Counted from the stretch's first letter, positions 49,116-62,609 are shown. The stretch: DNA of 64,000 nt from Octopus sinensis (GCF_006345805.1 NC_043026.1:12937579-13001578); one strand, 5' to 3'. Notes: generated by a model not told the origin, from the sequence alone. Numbers and translations are program-made.

Positions 49116-51174
49116 CATCGCCCTCAGTCTATTGATGAATTAAAACGTGCAATTTGTGTAGAAATAGCAGCCATTCCAGAAGAAATGATCCAAAGTGTTA
49201 TCCCTAACTTTCATGAACGTCTCCAACAGTGTTGACAATGACGGGAAGCATTTACTCTTAATCTTTTACTTGTTTAAGTCATTTGACTGTGGCCATGATG
49301 GAGCACCGCCTTTAGTCAAGCAAATCGACCCCGGGACTTATTCTTTGTAAGCTCAGTACTTATTCTGTCGGTCTTTTTTGCCGAACCGCTAAGTTACGGG
49401 GACGTAAACACACCAGCATCGGTTGTCAAGCAATGCTAGGGCGACAAACACATACATATATATATATACATATTTACGACAGGCTTCTTTCAGTTTCCGT
49501 CTCCCAAATCCACTCACAAGGCATTGGTCGGCCCGGGGCTATAGCAGAAGACACTTGCCCAAGATGCCACGCAGTGGGACTGAACCCGGAACCATGTGGT
49601 TGGTAAGCAAGCTACTTACCACACAGCCACTTCTGCGCCTGATTTAATTTAGCTGATAAAATTTTTAAAACTTAATGAAATAAAATGGTATTATATGTAC
49701 GTTCAGAAAATAAAATATTTTCTTTTCATTATTTCCTATTTTGTGCTTTTATTAAGCCTCCAAATGTGTCAAATCATCTTGGTCCACCCTGTATATACTA
49801 GGGTCACCAGAAAAGTCCGAGTTTCCCAGCAATCGGGTTTTATTTTGCTAGTTTCTTTTTTCTATTCCAGGTCTTCTTCCCTTTCAGGATTTAGTTATTT
49901 TCGGAATATTTTTCCATTATGCACTGTTTTGGGTATTTATACCCTGGAAACCCATATATCTCAAAAACCACTTTTCCGATTTATGTGAAACTTGTTTCAT
50001 TCCATTCATATTAACATTTTAGAGGCAACTTAGTTACTCTTTACTCTTTTACTTGTTTCAGGCACTTGACTGCGGCCATGCTGGAGCACTGCCTTTAGTC
50101 GAGCAAATCGACCCCGGGACTTATTCTTTGTAAGTCCAGTACTTATTCTATCGGTCTCTATTGCCGAACCGCTAAGTGACGGGGACGTAAACACACCAGC
50201 ATTGGTTGTCAAGCAATGCTAAGGGGACAAACACAGACATATATATATATACGACAGGCTTCTTTCAGTTTCCGTCTACCAAATCCACTCAGGAGGCATT
50301 GGTCGGCCCGCGGCTATAGTAGAAGACACTTGCCCAAGGTGCCACACAGTGGGACTGAACCCGGAACCATGTGGTTCGTAAGCAAGCTACTTACCACACA
50401 GCCACTCCTGCGCCTACATATATATATTGATAAAAAATTAGAAGCTAGATTTACATATCCAAGTTTTATTATACGGTTAAACACATCCTTTGTCAGTACC
50501 TACACGTGTTTCTGCTACACACTGAAAATTAAGGGTCTTCATGTGCATTCAGGTGTTAATTACAGGTGCTGCTTCATCATCATCGTTTAACGTCCGTTTT
50601 CCATGCTAGCATGGGTTGGACGGTTCAACTGGGGTCTGGGAAGCCAGAAGGCTGCACCAGGCCCAGTCTGATCTGGCAAGGTTTCTACGGCTGGATGCCC
50701 TTCCTAACGCCAACCACTCCGTGAGTGTAGTGGGTGCTTTTTACGTGCCACCAGCACAGGTGCCAGACGAGGCTGGCAAACGGCCACAAACGGATGGTGC
50801 TTTTTACGTGCCAGTTGGGGCAGCGCTGGCAACGGCCATGTTCAGATGGTTCTCTTACGTACCACCGGCACTGGTATCACAGCTGCAATTTCCATTGATG
50901 TTGATCGATTTCGATTTTGATATATATATATATAATATATAGTTAATATTCTGTTGAAATAGGTACTTAAATTGAGGCAGGCTAAAATGTAACTACATTT
51001 CAGATACCATCTGGACAGAGTACTAGTACAACTAAAACTTCATGCACAGGGTGGTAGTGAAATTGCTGAAATGCAAGAAATTAAACAACAAATATCTTAC
51101 AAACTATAGAATTTTCTCAAGAAAGCCAAGAGAAAAAGCTGTTTTATGTAACACATTCTACCAGTATACCAAGT

Positions 51175-51884
51175 TTAACCCTTTAGTGTACACATTATTC
51201 TGCAAAAACTAATCCTTTTTCATACACACATCATCATCATTGTTCGACCGTGGTCGAGACAATGGAATTTACCATGCTATGCCAGACTTCACGGTCCATC
51301 ATGGCATTACGGAGGTCCTGTTGCTGGATGACTGTATCCCTGGAGATTACATCAGGGTAGGAGAGTTTGCGCCCTCTGGTGTTGCGAGTAGGTGGCTTCC
51401 AGAGGAGAAGAGTAGAAATTGCCTCGTTTTCAGCTCTACAACAATGTCCAGCAAACTGGACTCTCCTACCTTTCACAAGAGATGACACAGGTGGTAGTTT
51501 CCCATATATTTGCATTTTGGTTGGATGACGCTTCCTCGAGAGATTTTGAGCTCTCGTAAGGAGGCGAGTGTAGGTTCCATCCAACTGCCTCTCAAGCTTC
51601 TTTGATAACGTCCAGGTTTCTGAGCCATATAGTAGATTGGTTCGACTGTGGCTTTGAAGATTTCAAGTTTGAAGTCTCTACTTAGATTTGATGACCAGAT
51701 CTTATGCATGTCATACACACTGTTTTGAACTAATCATGCATTCTCTTGTAGCTATGAGATTTTGATGAGGTAGCTGTTAATTTTTAAAACAATATTGTAG
51801 GGTTGGTGTGAGAGATCAGATATGGCCAGTTTGAACATAAAACAAGCAGAATACTTTTGGCTGGTTTAAATGCTAAAGGGTTAA
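51175..51884. mobile_element. piggyBac-type MITE hosting the RTE fragment
   Basis: ttaa|ccctttag ... ctaaaggg|ttaa. Confidence 0.7.
51230..51710 (-). mobile_element. 5'-truncated RTE-type LINE
   Basis: Frameshifted EPI-LYGSETW...RRVQFAGHC C-terminus, (TGA)n tail, TSD tcatacacac at 51220 and 51711. Confidence 0.85.
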
Positions 51885-52252
51885 GAGTGTTTAGTTACAT
51901 AGAAATTATTTTAAAAATCTGCCGGTCAAACGGAAAAGATCGCAAAAAAGAATACAAACACCAATAAGCCGAGTAATTTCGTTCATATTTTTTATTTCTT
52001 GCTTCCATAACTGGACAATGGTCATGCTGGGGCACTTGCTTTGAAGGGGTTAGTCAAACAAATCGACCCCAGTACTTCTTTTTTGTGTCTGTTTCTTATT
52101 GCTGGTCTCTTCTGCCAAACCACTAAGTTACAGGGATGTAAACAAACAAACACTGGTTATCAAGTGAGTGGTGGGAAATAACCACACACACACACACACA
52201 CATATATAAATACATACACACACTCATGATGGTTGCTTTCATCGTCTACAGG

Positions 52253-52840
52253 TGTGGCTGTGTGGTAAGAAGCTTGCTTACCAACTATATGGTTCCAGGT
52301 TCAGTCCCACTGCGTGGCACCTTGGGCAAGTGTCTTCTACTGTAGCTTCAGGCGGACCAAAGCCTTGTGAGTGGATTTGGTAGACGGAAACTGAAAAAAG
52401 CCTGTCGTATATATATATATGTATATGTATGTATATATATATATGTATATGTATGTATATATATATATGTATATGTATGTATATATATATATGTATATGT
52501 ATGTATATATATATATATATGTATGTATATATAAGTATATATATGTGCATATGTATGTATATATAAGTATATATATGTGTATATATGTATATATATGTAT
52601 GTATATGTATATGTGTATATATATATATGTATATGCTTGTATGTCTGTGTTTGTCTCCTGACAATCACTTGACAACTGACGTTGGTTTGTTTACGTCCCC
52701 ATAACTTAGCAAAAGAGACCAATAGAATAGGTACTAGGTTTACAAAGACTAAGTCCTGGGGCTGATTCGTTCAACTAAAAGGTGGTGCTCCAGCATGGCC
52801 GCAGTCAAATGGCTGAAACCAGTAAAAGAATAAAAGAAAG
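52253..52840 (+). mobile_element. SINE-A with expanded internal microsatellite
   Basis: About 225 bp of (TA)/(TATG) between head and tail. Confidence 0.85.
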
Positions 52841-53230
52841 TGCATAAGTCGACCAAGGGCCTTTATAGACGCATGTCCAAGCTGCCATTCAGTGGAACTG
52901 AACCCAAAACCTTTTATTAACAAACCGAACTCTTAAAATAAACAGCCATGTCTATTTATAGACATAAATGAATCTTCCAAACTATGACAAGATTTCTCCG
53001 TGATGTTCTTTAATGTCTATTCTTTTTTTTTTCTTTTTCTTCCTGTTTCAGTCAGTTGACTGTAGCCATGCTGGAGCACCGCCTTTAGTCGAGCAAGTCG
53101 ACCCTGGGACTTATTCTTTGTAAGCCCATTACTTATTCTATCGGTCTCTTTTGCTGAACCGCTAAGTGATGTGGACGTAAACACACCAGCATCGGTTGTC
53201 AAGCGATGCTAGGGGGACAAAAACATACAA

Positions 53231-53261
<31 letters not shown>

Positions 53262-53451
53262 CGACAGGCTTCTTTCAGTTTCCGTCTACCAAATCCACTC
53301 ACAAGGCATTGGTCGGCCCGAGGCTATAGCAGTAGACACTTGCCCAAGATGCCACGCAGTGGGACTGAACCCGGAACCATGTAGTTGGTAAGCAAGGTAC
53401 TTACCACACAGTCACTCCTGATAATTTTAGATTTGAAAGGGAAATGATACG

Positions 53452-55080
53452 TCATGTCTCACGGTGGAACAAATTTCCTGCTGTGTGTACCCGTGCATGT
53501 TTTTTTAAGTGACCGTTTGTGATGAAAGCCTTCTCACAGATTTCACAGTTGTACGGTTTTTCACCTGTATGGATTCGTTTGTGTCTGTTCAAATCGCTGT
53601 TGTTCACAAATGATTTCCCACAGATTTCACAGTTGTAAGGTTTTTCCCCGGAGTGTCTGCGCTTGTGAACCACAAGACTCGAATTATTAATCAGCGATTT
53701 CCCGCATATGTCACACTGGAAAGGTTTCTCTCCGGTGTGACTACGCTTGTGTACGGCAAGACTAGAATTAAAGGAGAAAGATTTTCCACACGTTTCACAA
53801 TTATATGGTTTTTCTCCAGTATGAGTACGAATATGTATAACAAGATTCCAGTTATTAATAAAACATTTTCCGCATATTTCACAATGGAAAGGCTTTTCCC
53901 CTGTATGGATTCGTTTGTGTTTTGTTAAATCTCCAGTGGAAACGAAGGATTTTCCGCATATTTGACAGTGGAAAGGCTTCTCTCCCGTATGTATCCGTTT
54001 GTGGGTTGTTAAATTGCTGTTGATCATAAAAGATTTCCCACACATTTCGCAGTGGAACGGTTTTTCTCCGGTATGGCTCCGTATGTGGATATCAAGGTTT
54101 GAATTATTAATAAAAGATTTTCCGCAAATTTCGCAATGAAATGGCTTTTCCCCTGTATGGATTCGTTTGTGTTTCGTTAATGCGCTATAATAGACAAACG
54201 ATTTTCCGCAGATGTCGCAATCAAACGGTTTCTCCCCCGTGTGACTCCGGATGTGAATGATAAGCTGAGAATTCTTAATAAAGGACTTTCCACACGTCTC
54301 ACATTGGAAAGGTTTCTCCCCGCTGTGTATCTTCCGGTGACTGATTAAATAACTATTATTGACGAAGGATTTCCCACACAATTCACAGCAATACGGCTTT
54401 TCTCCCGTATGACTCCGTATGTGGATCGTAAGCTTAGAACGAGAGATAAAACATTTCCCACAAATTTCGCAGTGAAACAGATTTTCCCCAGTGTGGACCC
54501 GTTTGTGTGCTGTTAACATACTGTTGGAAACAAAAGATTTTCTACATATCTCACAATGAAACGGTTTCTCTCCGGTGTGACTTCGTTGATGGATTGTGAT
54601 CTGAGAGTTATCAATGAAAGATTTCCCACACATTTCACAACGATATGGTTTTTCTCCCGTGTGGGTTTGTTCATGTCTTTTTAAGTGGCTCTTAGTGATG
54701 AATGACTTCGCACATATTTCACACTGAAACGGTTTTACCCCAGAATGTATCCGTTTGTGTTTTCTTAAGACGCTATTAGATACAAAATTCTTCCCACATA
54801 TTTCACAATTGTAGGCTTTTTCCTTATTGTGTATTTCTTTGTGTTTGAGGACTTCGTGTTCTGAAGAGAATACCTTTCGACAAACATCACACCGATATTC
54901 AGTTGCTGTAATGTTTCCCTGTAACGATCTTCCTTTAGTAAATGTTTCACTACGCACAAGTTTTTCATGTCTGTCTGTCAGTGTAACTGTCTCTGTATCA
55001 TCTCCGTCTGTCTCTCTAACTGTATCTATATTGCTAAAAACAGTTGTGCTTGAAGTGTCCAAATCATCAACGTTCTCCAT
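53452..55080 (-). CDS. C2H2 zinc-finger protein, 17 fingers, family B
   Basis: ATG at 55080, acidic leader of about 63 aa, 17 intact CE(I/M)C-type fingers. Confidence 0.93.
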   Translation of the reverse strand: MENVDDLDTSSTTVFSNIDTVRETDGDDTETVTLTDRHEKLVRSETFTKGRSLQGNITATEYRCDVCRKVFSSEHEVLKHKEIHNKEKAYNCEICGKNFVSNSVLRKHKRIHSGVKPFQCEICAKSFITKSHLKRHEQTHTGEKPYRCEMCGKSFIDNSQITIHQRSHTGEKPFHCEICRKSFVSNSMLTAHKRVHTGENLFHCEICGKCFISRSKLTIHIRSHTGEKPYCCELCGKSFVNNSYLISHRKIHSGEKPFQCETCGKSFIKNSQLIIHIRSHTGEKPFDCDICGKSFVYYSALTKHKRIHTGEKPFHCEICGKSFINNSNLDIHIRSHTGEKPFHCEMCGKSFMINSNLTTHKRIHTGEKPFHCQICGKSFVSTGDLTKHKRIHTGEKPFHCEICGKCFINNWNLVIHIRTHTGEKPYNCETCGKSFSFNSSLAVHKRSHTGEKPFQCDICGKSLINNSSLVVHKRRHSGEKPYNCEICGKSFVNNSDLNRHKRIHTGEKPYNCEICEKAFITNGHLKKHARVHTAGNLFHRET

Positions 55081-55114
55081 GTTAATTCTTGAGCAATTCT
55101 TTAAAAAAAAAAAG

Positions 55115-55400
55115 CTGACAGACGTCTGTGAGTTAATTTATTGTGGTTCAATTCCTTGTCTCAGACATCACAGATCTTTGTTTACAAGTGTGGAACAGAT
55201 GCAATGTAGATATATTTCCTACTCACCAGTAGAATGTTTGATATAAAGTCCAAACGAAAAGTGAGGAAGGCTGAGGAAAGTTCATTGATTGATTTGTTGT
55301 TAATTAAAAGCCAATTCCCCCTTTTCTGTAAAATTGGGAAAAACCAATTAAAGATGCAAAGCTGTGATCAAATGAAATAATTAACGACGGAGGAGATGGA
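55115..55400 (-). promoter_or_regulatory. Putative 5'UTR exon and 112-nt intron of the 55080 gene
   Basis: Donor ctactg|gtgagt at 55226 (gtaagt at 1513 in the relic); acceptor tgtcag at 55115; the exon is homologous to about 15566-15700. Confidence 0.55.
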
Positions 55401-55548
55401 ACACCGACCCTCAAACACTGTGTTGTCCATAAACATTAACGTGCACCTTAACATGAGGTAATTACCACATAATTAGATTTTGCTGAACTAATTAGAAACA
55501 CAAACAGTAGACGGTGTCGTTGATACTTTGTCACTTATTTGACTGAAA

Positions 55549-55584
55549 CCGGTGACATATGTTATAAGTTCCCAACGTAATATA
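55549..55584 (-). promoter_or_regulatory. Conserved family-B upstream motif
   Basis: Reverse complement reads atattacgttgggaacttataacatatgtcaccgg. Confidence 0.55.
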
Positions 55585-55759
55585 ACACTCAAAAATAATT
55601 TGTTCCTTAAATTATAAGCGACCCAAGGTAGATATTTAAAAAATAATTTAGGACAGTAGTAATTACGTATCAACAAGGAAGACGTATTCATAGAAGGGAG
55701 ACCTGTAACAAGTAGCTGTCAAACCTTCATTACACCACGGCCTAATGTCTTATGTCCGG

Positions 55760-56104
55760 GAATCCGGGACCCCCTTCGGTCACGACACTGACCATGGGAT
55801 TGCACCTAGAAAGTTACCCTCCTAGTCACAAGTCTGGGCAAGGTTGGTTATGGAAGACCAGCAGTCGCCCATGCATACCAGCCTCCCCTCTCCACGTCAC
55901 CGATATTGTCCAAGGGAAAGGAAAAGGGGCCGATACAGCTTGGTACCTGTGATGTCGCAACTCATTTCTACAGCTGAGTGAACTGGAACAACGTGAAATA
56001 AAGCGTCTTGCTCAAGAACACAACACGCAACCCGGTCCGGAATTCGAGCTCACAACCTCACGATCGTAAGCTCGACGCTCTAATCACTGAGCCATGCGCC
56101 TTCA
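55760..56104 (-). mobile_element. SINE-C
   Basis: Reverse complement of 43173-43512. Confidence 0.85.
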
Positions 56105-57580
56105 CAATGTCTTATGTAGGAGTCAGTTATAAATAGGTATAACTTCAGATTTGTACCACCACCGACTTTGTTGCCTCGTAACCTCCAGAAAAAAAGGGTA
56201 CTTTTTAACGAATTTTTCAAGAAATACCTATTTCTTTATTACCCACAAGGGGCTAAACACAGAGAGGACAAACAAGGACAGACATAGGTATTAAGTCGAT
56301 TACATCGACCTCAGTGCGTAACTGGTACTTAACTTATCGACCCCGAAAGGATGAAAGGCAAAGTCGACCTCGGCGGAATTTGAACTCACAACGTAACGGC
56401 AGTCGAATTTTTCAAGAAATACCACCACTTAGATGCTGGGGATTCAGAGTATATAGGGATTTATGAAAAAGAATTTTCTGAGGAGTTGGTGAGAAGAGTT
56501 TCCGAAAATTCACACAATCCGAATTTTTTTTTCATAACTTTCAGGAAAAAGGCTATCTTTTGATGAAAATTTATATAAATACTTTTCAAACAGCATAGAT
56601 TACGATTATAAAGAAATTTACGGGGGAAATTCCTTAAAGTAGAAAAGCTTTGAGGAGTTACATGGAGCTCTTAAATCAGAATTCTATCCAAATAACCTAA
56701 ATTATTAATAATTCGTTTCTTATGTTGGCGCAAAGTCAACAATTTGAGGGGAGGGACAAGTCGATTACATCGGCCCCAGCCTTGTTGAACATGTATGATC
56801 AGACCTATAAGGCCTGACAATCGCATCCATCCATCTATCTTTCTGTCTACCTGTCTGTCTTTCTATCTATCTCCCAATTTTAAATTTTAAACTTTTTCAT
56901 CCATTTATTTATTTATATGTCTATCTATTTATCCCTGTCCGTTTATTCATAAAATATATTTGTCAACTAAACGTGGCGATCCAAAAGAAGACCGGGTGAC
57001 TGTTGCTTTTAGCCCCAGGAAGACATTCACACCTAATTATCTCTTTATACAAATATCGAAAAGTACACGAAACAAATTTTCTTTCGTAAACTTTCAAAAT
57101 ATTATTTTTGTTTGCATTTCGAAATTGTACCGGCAATTTGCAAATGTCTTATTTTCTACGATGCACCATTGCTAAGGTTACCTCAAATAACCATTAAGAA
57201 ATGATAAATTTCTCACAAGGACTTTCAATAATTTATTTTTTAAGCATTTACTTATTCGTTTCGCTTATCTAGATGGCCAAGACTACTTTTGTACGTTCCT
57301 GATTTCGTTTAATTAGATTTTCCTTTCACACGTTCAAATTTTCCTGATGATCGCCGAAGAAAGATGAGAACGAAACAGATAATGCTTTAGGATACACAAG
57401 AACATATTTAAAGACATTTATGAGAAAACTGAGATAGTATTTCATCTTCGTCCACCTTGACTTCAATGCTAATATCTTCATTATTACTATGTAAGTATTA
57501 TTTAGATATTGTCACAGTCCACCTTGGCAGCATCAATCCTGTCTACTTAAACATATTTTGACATCGGCGAAAGTAAAGAA

Positions 57581-57783
57581 GGTACTACTTGAGAACAGTG
57601 GTCCCGGTGCGCGCACTCGCGCTAGCTAGTCATGACTAGTCGATCCTTACTTTGTTTAGCAAAAATTATTTATTTTGTGTTTTATTTACTTTGCTAGGTA
57701 GTCGTTTTAGGATCGACTAGTCACGACTAGCTAGCGCGACTACGCGAGTGCGCGCACCTGAACCACTGTTCTCGAGTAGTACC
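57581..57783. mobile_element. MITE-2
   Basis: ggtactacttgagaacagtgg...ccactgttctcgagtagtacc; TSD agtaaagaa. Confidence 0.9.
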
Positions 57784-57984
57784 AGTAAAGAATATGTACA
57801 CTCTGTGTTTAATGTTAGGGTTTTTGTTAGGCAGAAAACAGTTGGTGTACGTATTCTTCACCTCGGCCGTGAGATCTTCTGGTTCCTCCGTGGATCTTTA
57901 TCATTCTGTATTATTTATGTGTTGTCTACGATTCGGACAAAATGCTTGTCTTCTAGATTGAGTATTTGGAAACGGGGACGAAAT

Positions 57985-58400
57985 ACCTATTTCCTTACTA
58001 CCCACAAGGGGCTAAACACAGAGGAGACAAACAAGGACAGACATAGGTATTAAGTCGATTACATCGACCCCAGTGCGTAACTGGTACTTAATTTATCGAC
58101 CCCGAAAGGATGAAAGGCAAAGTCGACCTGGGCGTAATTTGAACTCAGAACGTAACGGCAGACGAAATACCTATTTCTTTATTACCCACAAGGGGCTAAA
58201 CACAGAGGGGACAAACAAGGACAGACATAGGTATTAAGTCGATTACATCGACCCCAGTGCGTAAATGGTACTTAATTTATCGACCCCGAAAGGATGAAAG
58301 GCAAAATCGACCTCGGCGGAATTTGAACTCACAACGTAACGCAGAAGAAATACCGCTAAGCATTTCGCCCGGCGTGCTAACCTTTCTGCCAGCTCGCCGC
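57985..58400 (-). mobile_element. SINE-D head-to-tail dimer
   Basis: Two colinear copies joined at about 58170. Confidence 0.85.
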
Positions 58401-58523
58401 ACTATGGCCCACATGCATACCATCTCCTCTCTTTGTCTCTCCTGTCATTACTCTAATGGCCTCTGACCCACATGTGCTGTCTCCTCTAACTGCCTCTTTT
58501 GTCACTACTATTTCTACCTCATT

Positions 58524-58900
58524 GTGGAGGCGCAATGGCCCAGTGGTTAGGGCAGCGGACTCGCGGTTTCGATTCCCAGACCGGGCGTTGTGAGTGTTTA
58601 TTGAGCGAAAACACCTAAAAGCTCCACGAGGCTCCGGCAGGGATGGTGGTGATCCCTGCTGTACTCTTTCACCACAACTTTCTCTCACTCTTACTTCCTG
58701 TTTCTGTTGTACCTGTATTTTCAAAGGGCCAGCCTTGTCACTCTCTGTGTGTCACGCTGAATATCCCCGAGAACTACGTTCAGGGTACACGTGTCTGTGG
58801 AGTGCTCAGCCACTTACACGTTAATTTCACGAGCAGGCTGTTCCGTTGATTCGGATCAACCGGAACCCTCGTCGTCGTAACCGACGGAGTGCTTCCATTC
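58524..58900 (+). mobile_element. SINE-B, tail a
   Basis: Colinear with 19723-20093; short deletion in the head. Confidence 0.9.
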
Positions 58901-58982
58901 CATTGGAGTTGGCTAGGTTCGTATCATTACCACTCAAGCATCCTCATTCCACCCACACCTCCTCTTCTCAATACCACTGTTT

Positions 58983-59210
58983 TTAACCCTTTAGTGTTTA
59001 AACTGGCCATATCAGGCCAAAATTGTCTTCCTGTTTTATGCTCAAACCAGCCAGCTCTGACCTCTCACACCTACCCTACAAAGTCATTCTAAAAGTAAAC
59101 AGGGACATCATCAATATCCCAGAGTTACAAGATGCTGTACAATTAATTTAAAACAATGTAATTAAACAGGCTTTACACTTGACAGATTAATCTGAATGCT
59201 AAGGGGTTAA
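58983..59210. mobile_element. piggyBac-type MITE
   Basis: ttaa|ccctttag ... ctaagggg|ttaa. Confidence 0.7.
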
Positions 59211-59582
59211 GTATCCTTTATATCTTACACTGTTGTTTCTATCTTCTTTCAGAATATCACACGCAACATCAATATTCATCATCATTTCCAGATCAAAGCA
59301 AGATTTTGTGCTGGAGAATATAATCCAGTTTCCGTAAATATATTGGAGAATTACTGTAGAAATATTTTCTCTGGAATTGTCAGAAAAAATCCTGTGCTTC
59401 AGTGTCTGGAATGTCTGTGAAATTTTGCATTCTAAGTAAAATTGAGTTACAAAGGAGTTTGCAGTTGTTGACAAAGATGGAAAGAAATTTAGGAAGAAAT
59501 ATTACAGGATAAAGAATTCATCTGAAATAAAATACAAAACCGAAAAGAAAAAAAGTCTGTGTATTGCTTTGAGTCAAGTAAA

Positions 59583-60827
59583 ATGATGCAAAATGAATTT
59601 TATAAGAAAGGGTGTGGTTTTCCTGATGATATGATGAGAGAGATAAAGAAAACATCATATCATTGCAATGTCTGTGGTAAATCATTCTCTCAAAAAAGTA
59701 ACCTAACTACTCACAAACGTATTCACACAGGAGAGAAACCATACCACTGTGATATCTGTGGCAAATCCTTCTCTCATGGAACGACATTATCTTCTCATAA
59801 ACATATTCACACAGGAGAGAAACCATATCACTGTGATATCTGTGGTAAGCCATTCTCTAAAAAATGTAACTTAACTACTCACAAACGTATTCATACAGGA
59901 GAGAAACCATACCACTGTGATGACTGTGGTGAATCCTTTACTCATGGAAATACCTTAGCTATTCATAAACATATCCATACAGGAGTGAAGCCATATCATT
60001 GTGATATCTGTGGGAAGCCATTCTCTAGAAATAATGACTTAACTAAACACAAACGTATTCACACAGGGGAGAAACCATTTCACTGTGACATTTGTGGTGA
60101 ATCCTTCTCTGAGCGAGGGATCTTAACTAAACATGAACGTATTCATACAGGAGAGAAGCCATATCACTGTGATATCTGTGACAAATCATTCTCTGTAAGA
60201 TGTAACTTGACTAAACACAAACGCATTCACACAGGGAAGAAACCATTTCACTGTGATATCTGTAGTAAATCCTTTTCACACGGAAACGCCTTAACTACTC
60301 ACAAACGTATTCATACAGGAGAGAAGCCATTTCACTGTGATATCTGTGGTAAATCATTCTCGCAAAGAAGTCACTTAATTAACCACAGACATATACACAC
60401 AGGAGAGAAACCATATCATTGTGATATCTGTGGTAAATCTTTCACTAAAGGGAGTACTCTTACTACACACAGACGTATTCATACGGGAGAGAAGCCATAC
60501 CAGTGTGATATCTGTGGTAAATCCTTCTCTCAAATAAGTCCATTGACAACTCATAGATATATTCACACCAGAGAGAAGTACTGTTCCTGTGACATCTGTG
60601 GTAAATCATTCTCTAGAAGTGCTAATCTATCTCGACACAAGTATGTCCATACTGGCGAGAAGCCACATCACTGTGATATCTGTGGTAAATCTTTCTCTCA
60701 AATAGTTGAAGTCACCAGTCACAAGCGTATTCATACAGGAGAGAAGCCTTATGACTGCGATGTCTGTGGTAAATCATTCTCTCAAAGAGGACATTTAACC
60801 AGACACAAGTCTATTCATACAGGTTAA
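59583..60827 (+). CDS. C2H2 zinc-finger protein, 14 fingers, family A-like
   Basis: ORF 59559-60827 (GTG); first ATG at 59583. 14 intact CDIC-type fingers with TGEKP linkers. Confidence 0.92.
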   Translation: MMQNEFYKKGCGFPDDMMREIKKTSYHCNVCGKSFSQKSNLTTHKRIHTGEKPYHCDICGKSFSHGTTLSSHKHIHTGEKPYHCDICGKPFSKKCNLTTHKRIHTGEKPYHCDDCGESFTHGNTLAIHKHIHTGVKPYHCDICGKPFSRNNDLTKHKRIHTGEKPFHCDICGESFSERGILTKHERIHTGEKPYHCDICDKSFSVRCNLTKHKRIHTGKKPFHCDICSKSFSHGNALTTHKRIHTGEKPFHCDICGKSFSQRSHLINHRHIHTGEKPYHCDICGKSFTKGSTLTTHRRIHTGEKPYQCDICGKSFSQISPLTTHRYIHTREKYCSCDICGKSFSRSANLSRHKYVHTGEKPHHCDICGKSFSQIVEVTSHKRIHTGEKPYDCDVCGKSFSQRGHLTRHKSIHTG

Positions 60828-61313
60828 TGTCTCTGATTATCATTTTTTTTCAAAACCATCACTCATTTACTAATGTTTGTATTCTCTTTTACCTATTTCT
60901 TTACTACCCACAAGGGGCCAAACACAGAGAGGACAAACAAGGACAGACATCCGGATTAAGTCGATTATTTTCTGTCTAGGGGACACAACTCAATCTTTTT
61001 ATCGCCCAAAGGGACAGCTAGAAACATCGTATACACAGAAGTATTCGAGTGAAGAGAATACATTGCAACCTACACATGCGCCTTCGTTCCCTAGAGGGAA
61101 AGGACTAGATTGGGATTAGTCGTTGCCTACTAGGGGCTCTTACATACCCGGGCTATGCTACTAGTATATATATATATGTTATTATTAGTTTTCAATTTAC
61201 TTAATCATTGGTATATTATTGGTATTTTATTTTTTATATTTCTATTATACGTAATTTTCTAGATGGTGTAATTTAGTTCTTCATTTTGAATTGATAAAAG
61301 GAGTTTTTTTCTA

Positions 61314-61364
<51 letters not shown>

Positions 61365-61859
61365 CGCAGGAGTGGCTGTGTGGTATGTAGCTTGCTAACC
61401 AACCACATGGTTCTGGGTTCAGTCCCACTGCGTGGCATCTTGGGCAAGTGTCTTTTGCTATAGCCCCGGGCCGACCAGTGCCTTGTGAGTGGACTTGGTA
61501 GACGGAAACTGAGAGAAGCCTGTTGTATATATGTATGTATATATATATATATATATATACACATATATACGACATATATATGTGTGTGTGTGTATGTATA
61601 TGTTTGTGTGTCTGTGTTTGTCCCCCTAGCATCACTTGACAACTGATGCTGGTGTGTTTATGTCCCCGTCACTTAGCAGTTCGGCATTAGAGACCGATAG
61701 AATAAGTACTGGGCTTACAAAGAATAAGTCCCAGGGTCGATTTACTCGACTAAAGACGGTGCTCCAGCATGGCCGCAGTCAAATGACTGAAACAAGTAAA
61801 AGAGAGTATATATATATATATATATATGTGTGTCTGTATGCAAGAGTGGCTGTGTAGTA

Positions 61860-62190
61860 AGAAGCGTACTTTGACCCTGTGGAGATGTGACATTCCCAGG
61901 CTTCCTAAAAATGGCCGGGTACAGGTACCCGGTGATACTTGAAGTACGCCCCCCCCCTCCCAAGCGTCACCTGTGCCTGGAGCCTGGCCATATCAAGAAG
62001 AACTGTCCCAAGGGCCGTGGTAAGGCCCTGGAGCATAAAAAAGAAAAAGTTCCTGCCACCCCCTCATTGGAGGGGGAGACGGTGGAAGTCGTGGAGGAAG
62101 TTGCCTCCACGAAAAGAAAAAGAAAGGTGAGCAACAATGGTTGCTCACCAAAGAATGTATATGTGGCTGAAGATTGCTCGACATTTTAAA
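61860..62190 (+). mobile_element. LINE ORF1 (gag-like, Tx1/L1-type) fragment
   Basis: VRPPPPKRHLCLEPGHIKKNCP is a CCHC knuckle with the first Cys replaced by Arg; a basic/acidic tail follows. Confidence 0.55.
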
Positions 62191-62609
62191 ACTGATGTAA
62201 TACTTACAGTGTTTAATAAAATGAAGTAGCATGAAACGATTGTACTACACTACCTTGGATATCCTTGTTGCTTATTTTGATTATAATCACCCCATTTGAT
62301 TTATATGGATAATACCATACCAAATTCTGGTGCCTTTAACTTAAGTACCATATTCATCTGAATCTAAATTTTGCTGAACTTATATATATATACGAGCAAA
62401 ATGCTCCTTGTCCAATGGACAGTGCTGAGTTGTCAAACATTTAAACCAAATTTTCTCAAAACAACATGCCCGACCGTCCCATTGGCCTCCCCTTTGAGAA
62501 ACACTGATTTAACCTAAATTTGAGAAACCAGCAAAAGAAGAAATAAAGATAGACTTTTTTATATTCCAAAGAAAAACGATTTTATTCACACAAATATGCA
62601 ACCGAAGAG

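Noticed and set aside
57300-57496. First exon of the 59583 gene (donor tat|gtaagt at 57491)
   Set aside because: Plausible, but similarity to the other family-A first exons is too weak to call by eye.
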